Source: an uncultured Chromatiales bacterium
GTDB taxonomy: Bacteria > Pseudomonadota > Gammaproteobacteria > Poriferisulfidales > Oxydemutatoraceae
Direction of reading: 5' to 3'
DNA length: 64,000 nucleotides
Assembly (NCBI GenBank): GCA_964347615.1
Contig: CAYFZO010000006.1
Coordinates: 4,126-68,125 of the forward strand
How positions within the stretch are numbered: the stretch's first letter is position 1; each line of letters starts with the position of its first letter. Positions 28,509 through 38,100 of the stretch are shown here, piece by piece. The notes under the pieces are model-generated. The model ran no database searches. It had not been told where the DNA came from and saw only the letters and a program-made list of their open reading frames with translations. Position numbers and translations under genes: made by a program.

Positions 28509-28799
28509 TTACTTCGCGGGCTTGGTCGCGGCGACCATGCCGCCAGTGATCTTCTCGCAAGTCCCTTTCGGCACATAGACCCACTCGTTGTCGTCGTTGT
28601 CGCGGGTCGCCTGCCCGGCGCAACCGTGCTTGCCGTCCAAAGCGCCGCAATCGTTCTTGCCGGCTTTGGCCACACCCGCACACTTCTCCCACGTCTTGGG
28701 CGCATCGGGCACCGCCGCTTGCGCGCCGCCCATGAGCATCGCACCCGCCGCGAGGACGCCTGCGACCGTCGAGTTGATGAGTGTTCTTGTTTTGTCCAT
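28509..28799 (-). CDS. DUF2282-family Cys-containing secreted precursor peptide (bufferin-like RiPP precursor)
   Basis: The signal peptide is '[23 protein letters not shown]'. It is followed by the Cys-rich '[25 protein letters not shown]'. The gene lies directly upstream of the DUF692 and DUF2063 genes on the same strand. Confidence 0.65.
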   Translation of the reverse strand: MDKTRTLINSTVAGVLAAGAMLMGGAQAAVPDAPKTWEKCAGVAKAGKNDCGALDGKHGCAGQATRDNDDNEWVYVPKGTCEKITGGMVAATKPAK

Positions 28800-29140
28800 T
28801 GGTTTTCTCCTGTGATTGGTCGTTGATGATGCAGGGTCCGTGAGATCAGAGACCCCGGTGACAAAGACGAATCGGAGGGCCGTTTGATTGCGCGGGGTGG
28901 GGAGGATTAAGAAAATTTTGGCATACGAAAAGAAAAATTCCAGCTCCCCGTCAAAGCCCAGTCAATCAAACGACAGATCCCTGTTCCTTATCCCCTACTG
29001 AATGGTCTGATACAATCGCGCCATGCGACCAGATAAAAACATCATAGCCGCAAATTAAGTTGAGAAGTTGAGGGTGCTGTCAGAAAGCAGGAGAACTTTC
29101 GGTCGCTTCACCAAGCAATGAAAAACTGGAACTTCACATA

Positions 29141-30430
29141 ATGGCAAAAATAGAAGGGTTCCGCATAAAAAACTTCAGGGTGCTGCAAGACGTTACTCTC
29201 GGCAGACTGTGGAACCAACGAGAGGTTAAACCCCTTAGCCCCCTAACAGCGGTTATCGGTAAAAACGGTGTCGGAAAAAGCAACTTGTTTGACGCATTTG
29301 GGTTTTTAGCTGATTGTTTAAAGCTTGGTGTTGAAGAAGCCTGTGATGCTCGAGGGCGTGGTGGCTTTGAAAAGATATTGAGCCGAGGAAAAGAAGGACC
29401 GATTGAATTCGTAGTCTATTACAAAGAAAGCGGAAACTCGCGGCCGATTACTTACGAGCTATCCGTTGATCTTGACGGTACCGGCCGCCCTTACGTTTCC
29501 AAAGAACACCTCCGACAACGGCGCACAGGAGAAAAATATGGTCAGCCACTTTCGTTTCTCGCGCTTAATGACGGAAAAGGCATTGCGTGGAAAGGCGACC
29601 AAGGAGGGTTTTCAATAGATGAAGAGCAGGCAAGAAGCAATTTGGTTTTAGCGCATATTAAAAAAAGCCGCGGAATTAGAGAAGAACCTAAAGATACGGA
29701 AGACGTGGAATTGTCAGACAACAGAGAACTAGGCATTACCACGCTCGGCTCCCTAAAGCAGCATCCGAGAATTTCCGCCTTTCGAAAATTCATTCAGAGC
29801 TGGCACCTCAGCTATTTTACGCCGGATGCGGCACGTAGCCTTCCGCTTGCGGGCCCGCAAAAACATCTTAATGCTCACGGCGATAACCTTGGAAACGTGG
29901 TGCAGTTTATGGAACGTGAACACCCCGGGAAATTTCAGAATATCTTAGACCGCATCGCCAAGAAAATACCGGGAATAGACAAAATCGACACGGAAAAAAC
30001 CGAAGATAACCGCATACTTCTTCGATTCAACGACAAAGGGTTTGATGATCCGTTTTACGCTCAGCAAATGTCCGATGGAACACTGAAGATATTTACATAT
30101 CTGCTGATGCTTGAACACCCGGAACCGCCGCCGTTTCTTTGCATCGAGGAACCGGAAAACGGCTTGTATCACAAGCTGCTTGAAACGCTTGCTCAGGAGT
30201 TCAGAGAGCACGCCACCGGTCACGGAAGCAGGTCTCAGATTTTTGTTACAACGCACCAGCCTTACTTTGTTAACGCTCTGGAGCCAGAAGAGGTATGGGT
30301 GCTGGAAAAAAACGCCAGCGGATTCTCCGACGTCAAGCGCGCGAGTGACGATGAAACCGTGAAGAACATGGTGTCGGAAGGACTGCCCTTAGGGGGACTT
30401 TGGTACAGTGATTATTTAGATGCGAGGTAG
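29141..30430 (+). CDS. ABC-type AAA ATPase (AAA_15/AAA_21-like; OLD/AriA/AbiL-type defence ATPase)
   Basis: 'RIKNFRVL' is an SMC-like N-terminal strand. Walker A is 'VIGKNGVGKSNL', Walker B/D-loop is 'LCIEEPENGLYHKL', and the H-loop is 'VTTHQP'. Confidence 0.75.
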   Translation: MAKIEGFRIKNFRVLQDVTLGRLWNQREVKPLSPLTAVIGKNGVGKSNLFDAFGFLADCLKLGVEEACDARGRGGFEKILSRGKEGPIEFVVYYKESGNSRPITYELSVDLDGTGRPYVSKEHLRQRRTGEKYGQPLSFLALNDGKGIAWKGDQGGFSIDEEQARSNLVLAHIKKSRGIREEPKDTEDVELSDNRELGITTLGSLKQHPRISAFRKFIQSWHLSYFTPDAARSLPLAGPQKHLNAHGDNLGNVVQFMEREHPGKFQNILDRIAKKIPGIDKIDTEKTEDNRILLRFNDKGFDDPFYAQQMSDGTLKIFTYLLMLEHPEPPPFLCIEEPENGLYHKLLETLAQEFREHATGHGSRSQIFVTTHQPYFVNALEPEEVWVLEKNASGFSDVKRASDDETVKNMVSEGLPLGGLWYSDYLDAR

Positions 30431-31097
30431 CTTAATGCGTCTTGAGGTATTAGTTGAAGACCAATCAGGGCAAAAAATGCTTGAGATTCTTATCCCTAAA
30501 ATTGTTGGTGACGAACACACTTTCCGAGTTCATGCCTATAAAGGAATTGGCAACATCCCAAAAAATGTAGATAAGATACCTACCGCTAAAAATCGTTTGC
30601 TTCTTAATAACCTTTCAAGGTTGCTTAAGGGACATGGAAAAACTTTTCTCCAAAGCGGTAACTACCAAAAATGTTGCGTGGTCGTAGTTTGCGACTTAGA
30701 TGAAAAATGTTTAAAAGAATTCCGCAGGCAACTTCTTCAGGTTCTCAACAGGTGCACACATAAACCAAGAACTCAGTTTTGCATAGCTATAAAAGAAAGC
30801 GAAGCCTGGTTCCTGGGGGATACCCCAGCCGTCAAATCCGCATATCCAAGGGCAAGAGATAGGGTGCTTGACAAATTCCAACGTGATTTTATCTCTGGCA
30901 CTTGGGATTCTCTTGCCGACGCTGTCTTCCCCGGTGGCGCCAGAAAACTCCAAAATCAAGGGTGGCAGGCGATTGGCGCAGAAAAAATGAAGTGGGCTGA
31001 AAAAATCACGCCATATATGAAAGTAGACGACAATAAATCTTCCAGCTTTTGTTATTTCCGAGACAAAATGAGACAGATTCTTCAAACCAGCAATTAA
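30420..31097 (+). CDS. Toprim-like partner protein (DUF4276-like) of the preceding ATPase
   Basis: It overlaps the ATPase stop. 'RLEVLVEDQSG' is an acidic E..E.D motif and 'VVVCDLDE' is a DxD motif, in the spacing expected of a Toprim/OLD-type nuclease domain. The family name is from memory only. Confidence 0.5.
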   Translation: MRGSLMRLEVLVEDQSGQKMLEILIPKIVGDEHTFRVHAYKGIGNIPKNVDKIPTAKNRLLLNNLSRLLKGHGKTFLQSGNYQKCCVVVVCDLDEKCLKEFRRQLLQVLNRCTHKPRTQFCIAIKESEAWFLGDTPAVKSAYPRARDRVLDKFQRDFISGTWDSLADAVFPGGARKLQNQGWQAIGAEKMKWAEKITPYMKVDDNKSSSFCYFRDKMRQILQTSN

Positions 31098-31260
31098 TTT
31101 CCCCTCACCCAATCAACTTAACGTCCGCCCCCTATTCCGCGTCAGGGCGGCAACCGTATAACCGTCAAGTGTCTCAAGGAACCGCTTGGCGGCTCCACTC
31201 AGGATGCCCTCGAGCCGGCATCCGAGCATCGGTGCAGCCCACCACGTCAAGCGTGTTTTC
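31090..31260. repeat. Left copy of an imperfect direct repeat of about 170 bp (about 85% identity) bracketing the 20-kb module. The right copy is at 51,025..51,195.
   Basis: The core 'CGTATAACCGTC.AGT.TCTCAAGGAACCGCTTG.CGGC...GAGCCGGCATCCGAGCATCGGTGCAG' is shared by both copies. The minus-strand translations of both copies are homologous: APMLGCRLEGILSGAAKRFLETLDGYT versus APMLGCRLKGVLNEAVKRFLEILDGYT. Confidence 0.8.
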
Positions 31261-31370
31261 CGTGAGCTACTCGGCGTTTTCGCCCGCGCCGGCTGCTGAT
31301 GAGAGACGCCTTTACACTGAGGGCAGGCTTACGGGATAATCGCCGCAATTCAGAAAACACGGAGACAACG

Positions 31371-31883
31371 ATGGTTACAGAATGGACACGAAACGACGTT
31401 TGGCAGAATATGCTGGATGCGGAACGGCTTGTTCGATACTACGAAGTGATTTTAGATCGGTGCCAACGTAATTACATGCTGCCTCGTTTTATCCTGCTTC
31501 TCGGAATGACGGGCGTATTGATATCTTTGCTGGAATTGGTTCCGGAAGGTTACAAAGACGCCATCCAAGCCGTCTCTAGCGTCATGGTGATCGCGGCACT
31601 TGCTTGGGACTCTCATGCCAACTACGCAGGAAAGGCGCTGGTATTACAGCAGGTCAGCGTTGAATGCATCAAACTGCAAGTCGAATGGCGGGTGCTGTGG
31701 AACGCCATCGAGACTCATACCATTGAAGACGAGAAAGCGCGGGAAAAAAACGCTTGCTTAAGTCGCAGGATCGCTGCTGTAACCGTACGCCCCGGAGATG
31801 CCGGTGTCCGGGAAGACCGAAAACTCAACCGGAAGTGCGCCAGGGATGCATATAAAGTGATGGCGGGGCGGTATGCGGTGTAA
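31371..31883 (+). CDS. Small 2-TM membrane protein, a candidate SLATT-like effector
   Basis: An N-terminal helix is followed by two hydrophobic helices, 'FILLLGMTGVLISLLELV' and 'VSSVMVIAALAW', and then a helical tail. It lies 45 bp upstream of the SNF2 gene on the same strand. The start was chosen at the internal Met (31,371), which has a GGAGA ribosome-binding site. Confidence 0.35.
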   Translation: MVTEWTRNDVWQNMLDAERLVRYYEVILDRCQRNYMLPRFILLLGMTGVLISLLELVPEGYKDAIQAVSSVMVIAALAWDSHANYAGKALVLQQVSVECIKLQVEWRVLWNAIETHTIEDEKAREKNACLSRRIAAVTVRPGDAGVREDRKLNRKCARDAYKVMAGRYAV

Positions 31884-31928
31884 ATTAATTGGTTGCCATA
31901 ATAAGAAGCTCTATGGCCCAACTTTACA

Positions 31929-34900
31929 ATGAACAACGACGTCCCTCGCCCCGGAATGATTGCGACAGTTCGCAACCGGCGTGGTGTAATTGCCTCTGTT
32001 GAACCTTTTGACGGCCAAACTGGACGTATTCACCTTGTCGACATAGAGTACAAGGACAACTACGCGCCGGATACGGAACGCATCCTATGGGAACGTGAAC
32101 CTAACCGAGATCTTCTTGAACCGACCGCATTACCCGACCCAACTCAAGACCCCATGCCTCCGAAAGAGTTCGACGCGCTTTTACGCGCCGCTCGATGGAC
32201 GGCTCTTTCCCCATACCTCGACCCTGATGGTGACGGCCCCTTAGATCGAGAACCAATTTCAAGTCCATTCCACGGTGGCGTACGAGTGGAAGACTATCAG
32301 CTCGTCCCATTATTAAAAGCTCTCCGCATGCCTCGCGTGAGCTTGTTGATTGCCGACGACGTCGGGCTTGGCAAAACCGTTGAAGCAGGGCTGATTTTGA
32401 CCGAACTTCTTCTCCGACGTCGTATCCGACGCATTCTAGTCCTCACACCCGCGTCTCTGCGTCAGCAATGGCAGGATGAGCTCTGGGAGAAATTCTCACT
32501 TCGATTCAAAATTATCGATCGCAGCTCAACGGAAAAATTGCGCCGAGACCGAGGAATAGATGCAAATCCATGGCGATCATTCGACCGCATCGTTGCCTCC
32601 TACCATTATTTACGTCAACCCGACGTACGCGAACAATTTTTATCAGCATGTCATACCCCGGAAAATTCACCACACCTACCGTGGGACTTGCTGATAGTGG
32701 ACGAATGTCACAACTTGATGCCGTCATCGTTTGGAGAAGACAGCGAGCTTTGCAAAACGCTCGGTTTGGTCGCACCACGGTTTGAACACCGGCTGTTTCT
32801 TTCGGCGACTCCACACAACGGCCACACGCGTTCGTTCACCGGGCTGCTGGAAATGCTTGACCCGGTGCGCTTCACCCGCACCCACGAAATGAAACCTGCC
32901 ATGCGTGGACGAATCAACGACATAATGATTCGTCGGCTAAAACGCCAGATTAACGCTGGCAGTGCAACACCAAGATTTTGTACCCGGCATCCGCCCAAAT
33001 CTTTGGAACTCAACACAGATCCGCGCGAATCTGCCCTTTCCGAGGCTTTCGATGCCTTTCGCAGCGCTATTCGTAATCTCATCACGGAAGGAACAAAGCA
33101 GCGCCGCCGCGCTGGAATTTTTGCGGTCGAAATTCTCGGCAAACGGCTGCTCTCCTGCCCTACAACGTTTGCTGAATCTTGGAGCCGGACAAGACGGGGG
33201 TTTCGCGAACAGGATGTCTCAGATGAAACGGAATTGGCAGCCGCCGAACGGTCATTGCGTCAGGAAACCGGCGATGACAGAGAAACAGAAAAGCGCGAAG
33301 CCAATGCTGCTGCAACTATAGGTGCATGGCTTAAGAATTTTTCTGACGACGTCAAGGATGAGATCAACCGCATCGAAAAAGCGATTGATGAGCTAGGCTT
33401 TGATCTCAATGCCTCTATTGTTGAACAAACGCCTTGTGTTGACGTGCGCTTCGACACGCTTGTCTCGTTAATCGAAAATCTCCTGCGGAAGAAAAATAAG
33501 TTCCGCGATGACGAACGCTTAATCGTCTTTACAGAATACAAAACCACGCTCGATTACGTCGCTCGACGCCTGCGCGAAAAATACCCTGCCGAACGAATTT
33601 TGACGCTGTTTGGGGCCGGTGGACAGGAGGGTATGGATGAAAGCGAACGTGAAAACGTCAAAGCGGCTTTCAACAATCCGGGTTCACCTGTACGCGTTCT
33701 TATTGCGACCGACGCTGCGTCGGAGGGACTCAACCTGCACCAGACGGCACGATATTTGCTGCATTACGACTGCCCATGGAACCCGTCACGCTTGGAACAA
33801 CGCAACGGCCGCCTTGATCGTTACGGTCAAGCCCGTGACGTGACCGTGCATCACTTTGTCAGCAGTACAGATCCTGATTTGCGCTTTATTGATTGCGTTA
33901 TTCGTAAAGCAGATGAAATTCGAGAAGACCTTGGTTCCGTCAACGAAGTTTTTGACCGTGCAACTTATCGCCGCCTGATTCAAGGGGAAGATGCAGAATC
34001 AGTGAAAACAGATATGTATGCAGGGCTTGACGCCGCCCAAGAAAGCTCGGCTATTGAAGCCGACGAAACGGCCACGATAAAAAACGAAGCAGCGTCTGAT
34101 GATGCGTTGCTTGACGCAATGTCTAAAGAGATCGACTTAGATAGTTATGCACTCGGCGATACGCTTGAAGCGGCAATGATCTCATCGAGTGGTCGAAGGC
34201 CTCAACTCGAAGTCGGTGAGGAGCCGGGATGTTATCGCGTGACAAACCCGGAACTCCCCCACTGGCGTGACATTATTGATGAAACTGTACGCCGTCCATC
34301 ACTTCATGCCGCCCGCGGACCAATGCCGCAACTCGCATTTGACACTAAACAATTCATTAAGCCACTCGGATCTTTGAGTGTTTTTCTACCACGGAAAGAA
34401 GTCTTGCTTATCCACCTTGCACATCCGCTGATGCAACGTGCTCTCAGTCTCCTTACACAATGTCGCTATCCCGGTAACCGCCAAGTTTCACGATGGACGG
34501 TACGCCGAGGTGACGGAGAAATCCCAAAAGATGCTGATGCAGCCATTTTATTTAGTATTGAAGAAATTGCCGTAAATGAATTGCGCGAAACGTTTCATCG
34601 CTGGGTACGCACCGTGGTATTTCCCGTTCAGAATGGAATCCTTGGTGAACCGCTTCCACATATTCCGGCACACAGCTTTCGTGGAGCATCTGTAACGAAA
34701 AATCAAAGCGAACAAAAACAGGCAGGAGAAATCCTTGAGGAGGTTAATGGCTCACTGAGGAAATGGCTGGAACAACACCAGAAAGAACTTACCGACTCTC
34801 TCCAAAATCAACTTGAGAGTGACGGTAAAGCGGCTCGTGGACTTGAAGAGAATCGGTACAAGCAGCGGCAAGGAGAACTATCAAAACTAATCGAAGAAAC

Positions 34901-35186
34901 GACAATAGCAAAACTTACTCGAGAAATTAAGCAACTTCAAGAAAGGCTGCGGCAAAGAAAACTTTTAGATGAAGCCGAGAAAATTATGGAGATTGAACGC
35001 TCTATCAAGAAAAAAGAAGAAGAAATAGAACGTCGCCGTTCTTATTACAAAGAGATCAAAAATCAATTGAAGCGCGAACATGAACGGACTCTTAAACATC
35101 TCCTTCCTAAACGCTTTGCAATGTCAGGCAACGCTCAAGTATTCCCTGTCACAGTTGAAATTCGTTTCCCGGAACAGCAGCCTTGA
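31929..35186 (+). CDS. SNF2-family helicase (DISARM DrmD-like)
   Basis: 'DYQLVPLLKAL...LIADDVGLGKTVEAG' and 'LIVDECHNL' (DExH) are the N-terminal motifs. 'ATDAASEGLNLHQTARYLLHYDCPWNPSRLEQRNGRLDRYGQ' is the SNF2 C-terminal helicase signature. The gene is translationally coupled to the downstream methyltransferase. Confidence 0.85.
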   Translation: MNNDVPRPGMIATVRNRRGVIASVEPFDGQTGRIHLVDIEYKDNYAPDTERILWEREPNRDLLEPTALPDPTQDPMPPKEFDALLRAARWTALSPYLDPDGDGPLDREPISSPFHGGVRVEDYQLVPLLKALRMPRVSLLIADDVGLGKTVEAGLILTELLLRRRIRRILVLTPASLRQQWQDELWEKFSLRFKIIDRSSTEKLRRDRGIDANPWRSFDRIVASYHYLRQPDVREQFLSACHTPENSPHLPWDLLIVDECHNLMPSSFGEDSELCKTLGLVAPRFEHRLFLSATPHNGHTRSFTGLLEMLDPVRFTRTHEMKPAMRGRINDIMIRRLKRQINAGSATPRFCTRHPPKSLELNTDPRESALSEAFDAFRSAIRNLITEGTKQRRRAGIFAVEILGKRLLSCPTTFAESWSRTRRGFREQDVSDETELAAAERSLRQETGDDRETEKREANAAATIGAWLKNFSDDVKDEINRIEKAIDELGFDLNASIVEQTPCVDVRFDTLVSLIENLLRKKNKFRDDERLIVFTEYKTTLDYVARRLREKYPAERILTLFGAGGQEGMDESERENVKAAFNNPGSPVRVLIATDAASEGLNLHQTARYLLHYDCPWNPSRLEQRNGRLDRYGQARDVTVHHFVSSTDPDLRFIDCVIRKADEIREDLGSVNEVFDRATYRRLIQGEDAESVKTDMYAGLDAAQESSAIEADETATIKNEAASDDALLDAMSKEIDLDSYALGDTLEAAMISSSGRRPQLEVGEEPGCYRVTNPELPHWRDIIDETVRRPSLHAARGPMPQLAFDTKQFIKPLGSLSVFLPRKEVLLIHLAHPLMQRALSLLTQCRYPGNRQVSRWTVRRGDGEIPKDADAAILFSIEEIAVNELRETFHRWVRTVVFPVQNGILGEPLPHIPAHSFRGASVTKNQSEQKQAGEILEEVNGSLRKWLEQHQKELTDSLQNQLESDGKAARGLEENRYKQRQGELSKLIEETTIAKLTREIKQLQERLRQRKLLDEAEKIMEIERSIKKKEEEIERRRSYYKEIKNQLKREHERTLKHLLPKRFAMSGNAQVFPVTVEIRFPEQQP

Positions 35187-38100
35187 GTACAGAACAGACC
35201 AATGCCGATCTACCTGGATGGGATTCACTACGCCATGGTGGACTGTTGTTCGATGTTGCTCGGCTTAAAACACTTACCGAATTTATCCCCCCACGATTAA
35301 ACGAATACGTTGAACAGCAGCTACGCCACCAGGGAAGCTCTATATTGAACGAAACCGGCGACACCTCAACTTTCGTTACTTTCGTTTTAGAGCAAGTCTG
35401 CGGACTCGATGGTTCAACCGGCACTTGGTTACGCGGCAACAACGTTCCATCATCTTGGGGACGACGGGCGATTACCGGCGAGACCGTTAAACCTCGTCAT
35501 CTGTGGCAAGGACAACACGACGCGTTGCTACCAATATTCATAGACGACAAAAAACGCATCGGCATCGGCAAAGGACGTCGCACCATTAGCCAAGTGCTTG
35601 GTTGGCTTCGCGCTGGCAACAACCAACTTGCATTAATAACCAACGGTCGCCAATGGCGACTGCTGTTTGCCGGCCTCGACTATGACGCTTGGTGCGAATG
35701 GGATATGGATATGTGGTTTGAGGAGGGTGGGCTCTCGCCGCAAGTAACAGCACTGCGCACCTTGCTCAATTTTGAACTTTGGACTCCGAAATCCGAAGAC
35801 GCTCCACCACTCCTATTACAAGCGATTCGAGATACACGCAAAGGCCAAGCGGAACTCTCAGAGGAACTCGGCGAACAAGTGCGTAAAGCAGTCGAAAAGT
35901 TAATTCAAGGTCACAGCGAAGCACTTCGAGAGTACCACGATTCCGTTGCTCCTGCAGATATTTACCGTGCTGCTTGCCGCGTAGTAATGCGGCTCATAGT
36001 GATCTTGTTCGCCGAATCTCGGGACCTGCTACCTCGAGAAAATGCTCTTTACCACGGTAGCTACGGACTGAATGGACTGTTCGACCAACTCGAACACAGT
36101 GCCCACCATGGCGCGGACCTCGCGAACAGCTGGGCTGCATGGCCCCGCATACTGGCTCTGTTCAACTTAGTGCGGCAAGGATCTCATCACCCCGACTTAC
36201 CAGTAACAGCTTACGGTGGAAAGCTTTTCGCAACTGGGCGCCCAGATCCAGCGGATAGAGCATCCAAAGCAATCGATATCTTTGAACGCGAGAATCAAAG
36301 TGCATTATTTTCCGATCGAGACGTTCACAAGATGCTGAGATTGCTTACCCGCACGACCATCAGCATCCGCCAAGGACGTGGTGTGAGGAGGAGTAAGGCA
36401 CCGGTAGATTTTTCCGATCTCTCGTCTGAATACATCGGCATTCTCTACGAAGGATTATTAGACTATGAGCTTAAGACTGCTCCTGACGACGATTCGGTGG
36501 TCTTTCTGACCGTCGGCAATCGGCCAGCACTTCCACTATCGCGTTTGGAAAAAATGGAAGACGGTGCTATCAGAACCCTTTTTAAGTCTCTCAAGAAAAA
36601 GAAAGCGGTTACAGATGACGATACTTCCGAAGATAGCGAGCAAGAGAGCAAAGACGTCGAGCTGGAAAGTAAGGTTGACGAATTGTCTTTCGATGCCAAT
36701 GATGTAACGCTCTATGATAAAAATGACCAATTAGATATATCTCGGGCAGAAGCATGGGCACGTCGTGCCGTGCAAGTAGCGAAGCTAGTAAAAAAACCAC
36801 TTGTCGCGCGAGTTGTCCTACCAGGCGAATGGTATCTAGTCCGCTGGGGCGGCACTCGAAAAGGCTCTGGAAGCTTCTACACTCGACCGGGACTTGCTGT
36901 GCCAACCGTACAACGCACCCTACGCCCGCTTGCCTATGACCCACCTCCAAAAGCCAATGGAGCGCCAGATACAGCAGCGCGTGCGGAAAGTTGGATTCCG
37001 AAACTGCCGGAACAAATTCTAGACGTTAAAACATGCGACCCCGCCTGTGGATCAGGCACCTTTCCACTGGCAGCGTTACGCTTCCTCACCGATGCTTTAT
37101 ACAAATCTCTTCAACGTCATGAACGCATCAAGCGAGACGGTGAACGTTCGGTGATACGGTTACTACGCCTTCACCATGATAAAAATTCAACAACGGCTGG
37201 TGAATCTCCTTTCCACGAAGAACTTATTCCCTGCCCCCCGGACGACGGCGACTTTGAACCTCGATTAAAGGCGGTATTGCGCCGTCACGTAGTAGAGCGC
37301 TGTATCTACGCTGTAGATCTCGATCCGCTTGCCGTAGAGCTGTGTCAGCTGTCTCTGTGGATTGAAACAATGAACCGTGAACTGCCGTTCGGCTTCCTGG
37401 ATCACAAAATAAAGTGCGGCGACGCGCTACTCGGGGCATGGTTCGACCAGTTTCAACACTATCCTGTTATGGCTTGGAAAAACCGCGAGGGGGGCGATAA
37501 AAATCATTCAGAAGGCGTCCATTTTGAGAAAAACGTTCGTACGAAAAAAATCAAGGATTTTGTCAAAGATAAACTGACACCGGATCTAAAACTCTTTCTG
37601 CGAGGCCGCGATCTATTTCAGGAAGATACACTTGAAATAGCAACAACCGCTCACAAAGAATCACTTTCTGTGTTGGAGAAGATGCACAAAATGTCGGTGC
37701 AGGATACAGAGGAACGAGCGAGAATCTACCACCAGAACTTTTTGGGCAGAAAAGCATGGAGCCAAATCAAAGATGCAATGGATCTTTGGTGCGCTTGCTG
37801 GTTCTGGCCGGTAGACAAGATTGAACAGGCGCCTTTACCAAGTAACTTCGCCAAGCCACCAGGCGAGACGCTCGCTGTCGCTAAACAAACAGCGAATAAA
37901 ATGCGATTCTTCCACTGGGAACTGGAATTTCCAGACGTGTTCCAAGAGCAAGGAGCAGGCTTTAGCGCGATTTTAGGTAACCCCCCGTGGGATGCTCCAA
38001 AGCCTATCTCCAAGGAGTTTTTTTCAGATATTGACCCTCTCTACCGTACCTATGGCAAACAGGAAGCTTTGCAATATCAATCCCGCTGCTTCAAAGACGG

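Noticed and set aside
25459-28864. Very long GC-rich ORFs overlapping the bufferin/sigma operon on both strands (for example 25,746..26,579, 26,467..27,363, 27,296..28,549, and the 535-aa extension of 27,257..28,864)
   Set aside because: The composition is Arg/Ala/Pro-dominated, as expected from random 68% GC DNA. The motif-bearing genes fit the shorter annotated coordinates. The DUF692 start was reassigned to an internal Met.
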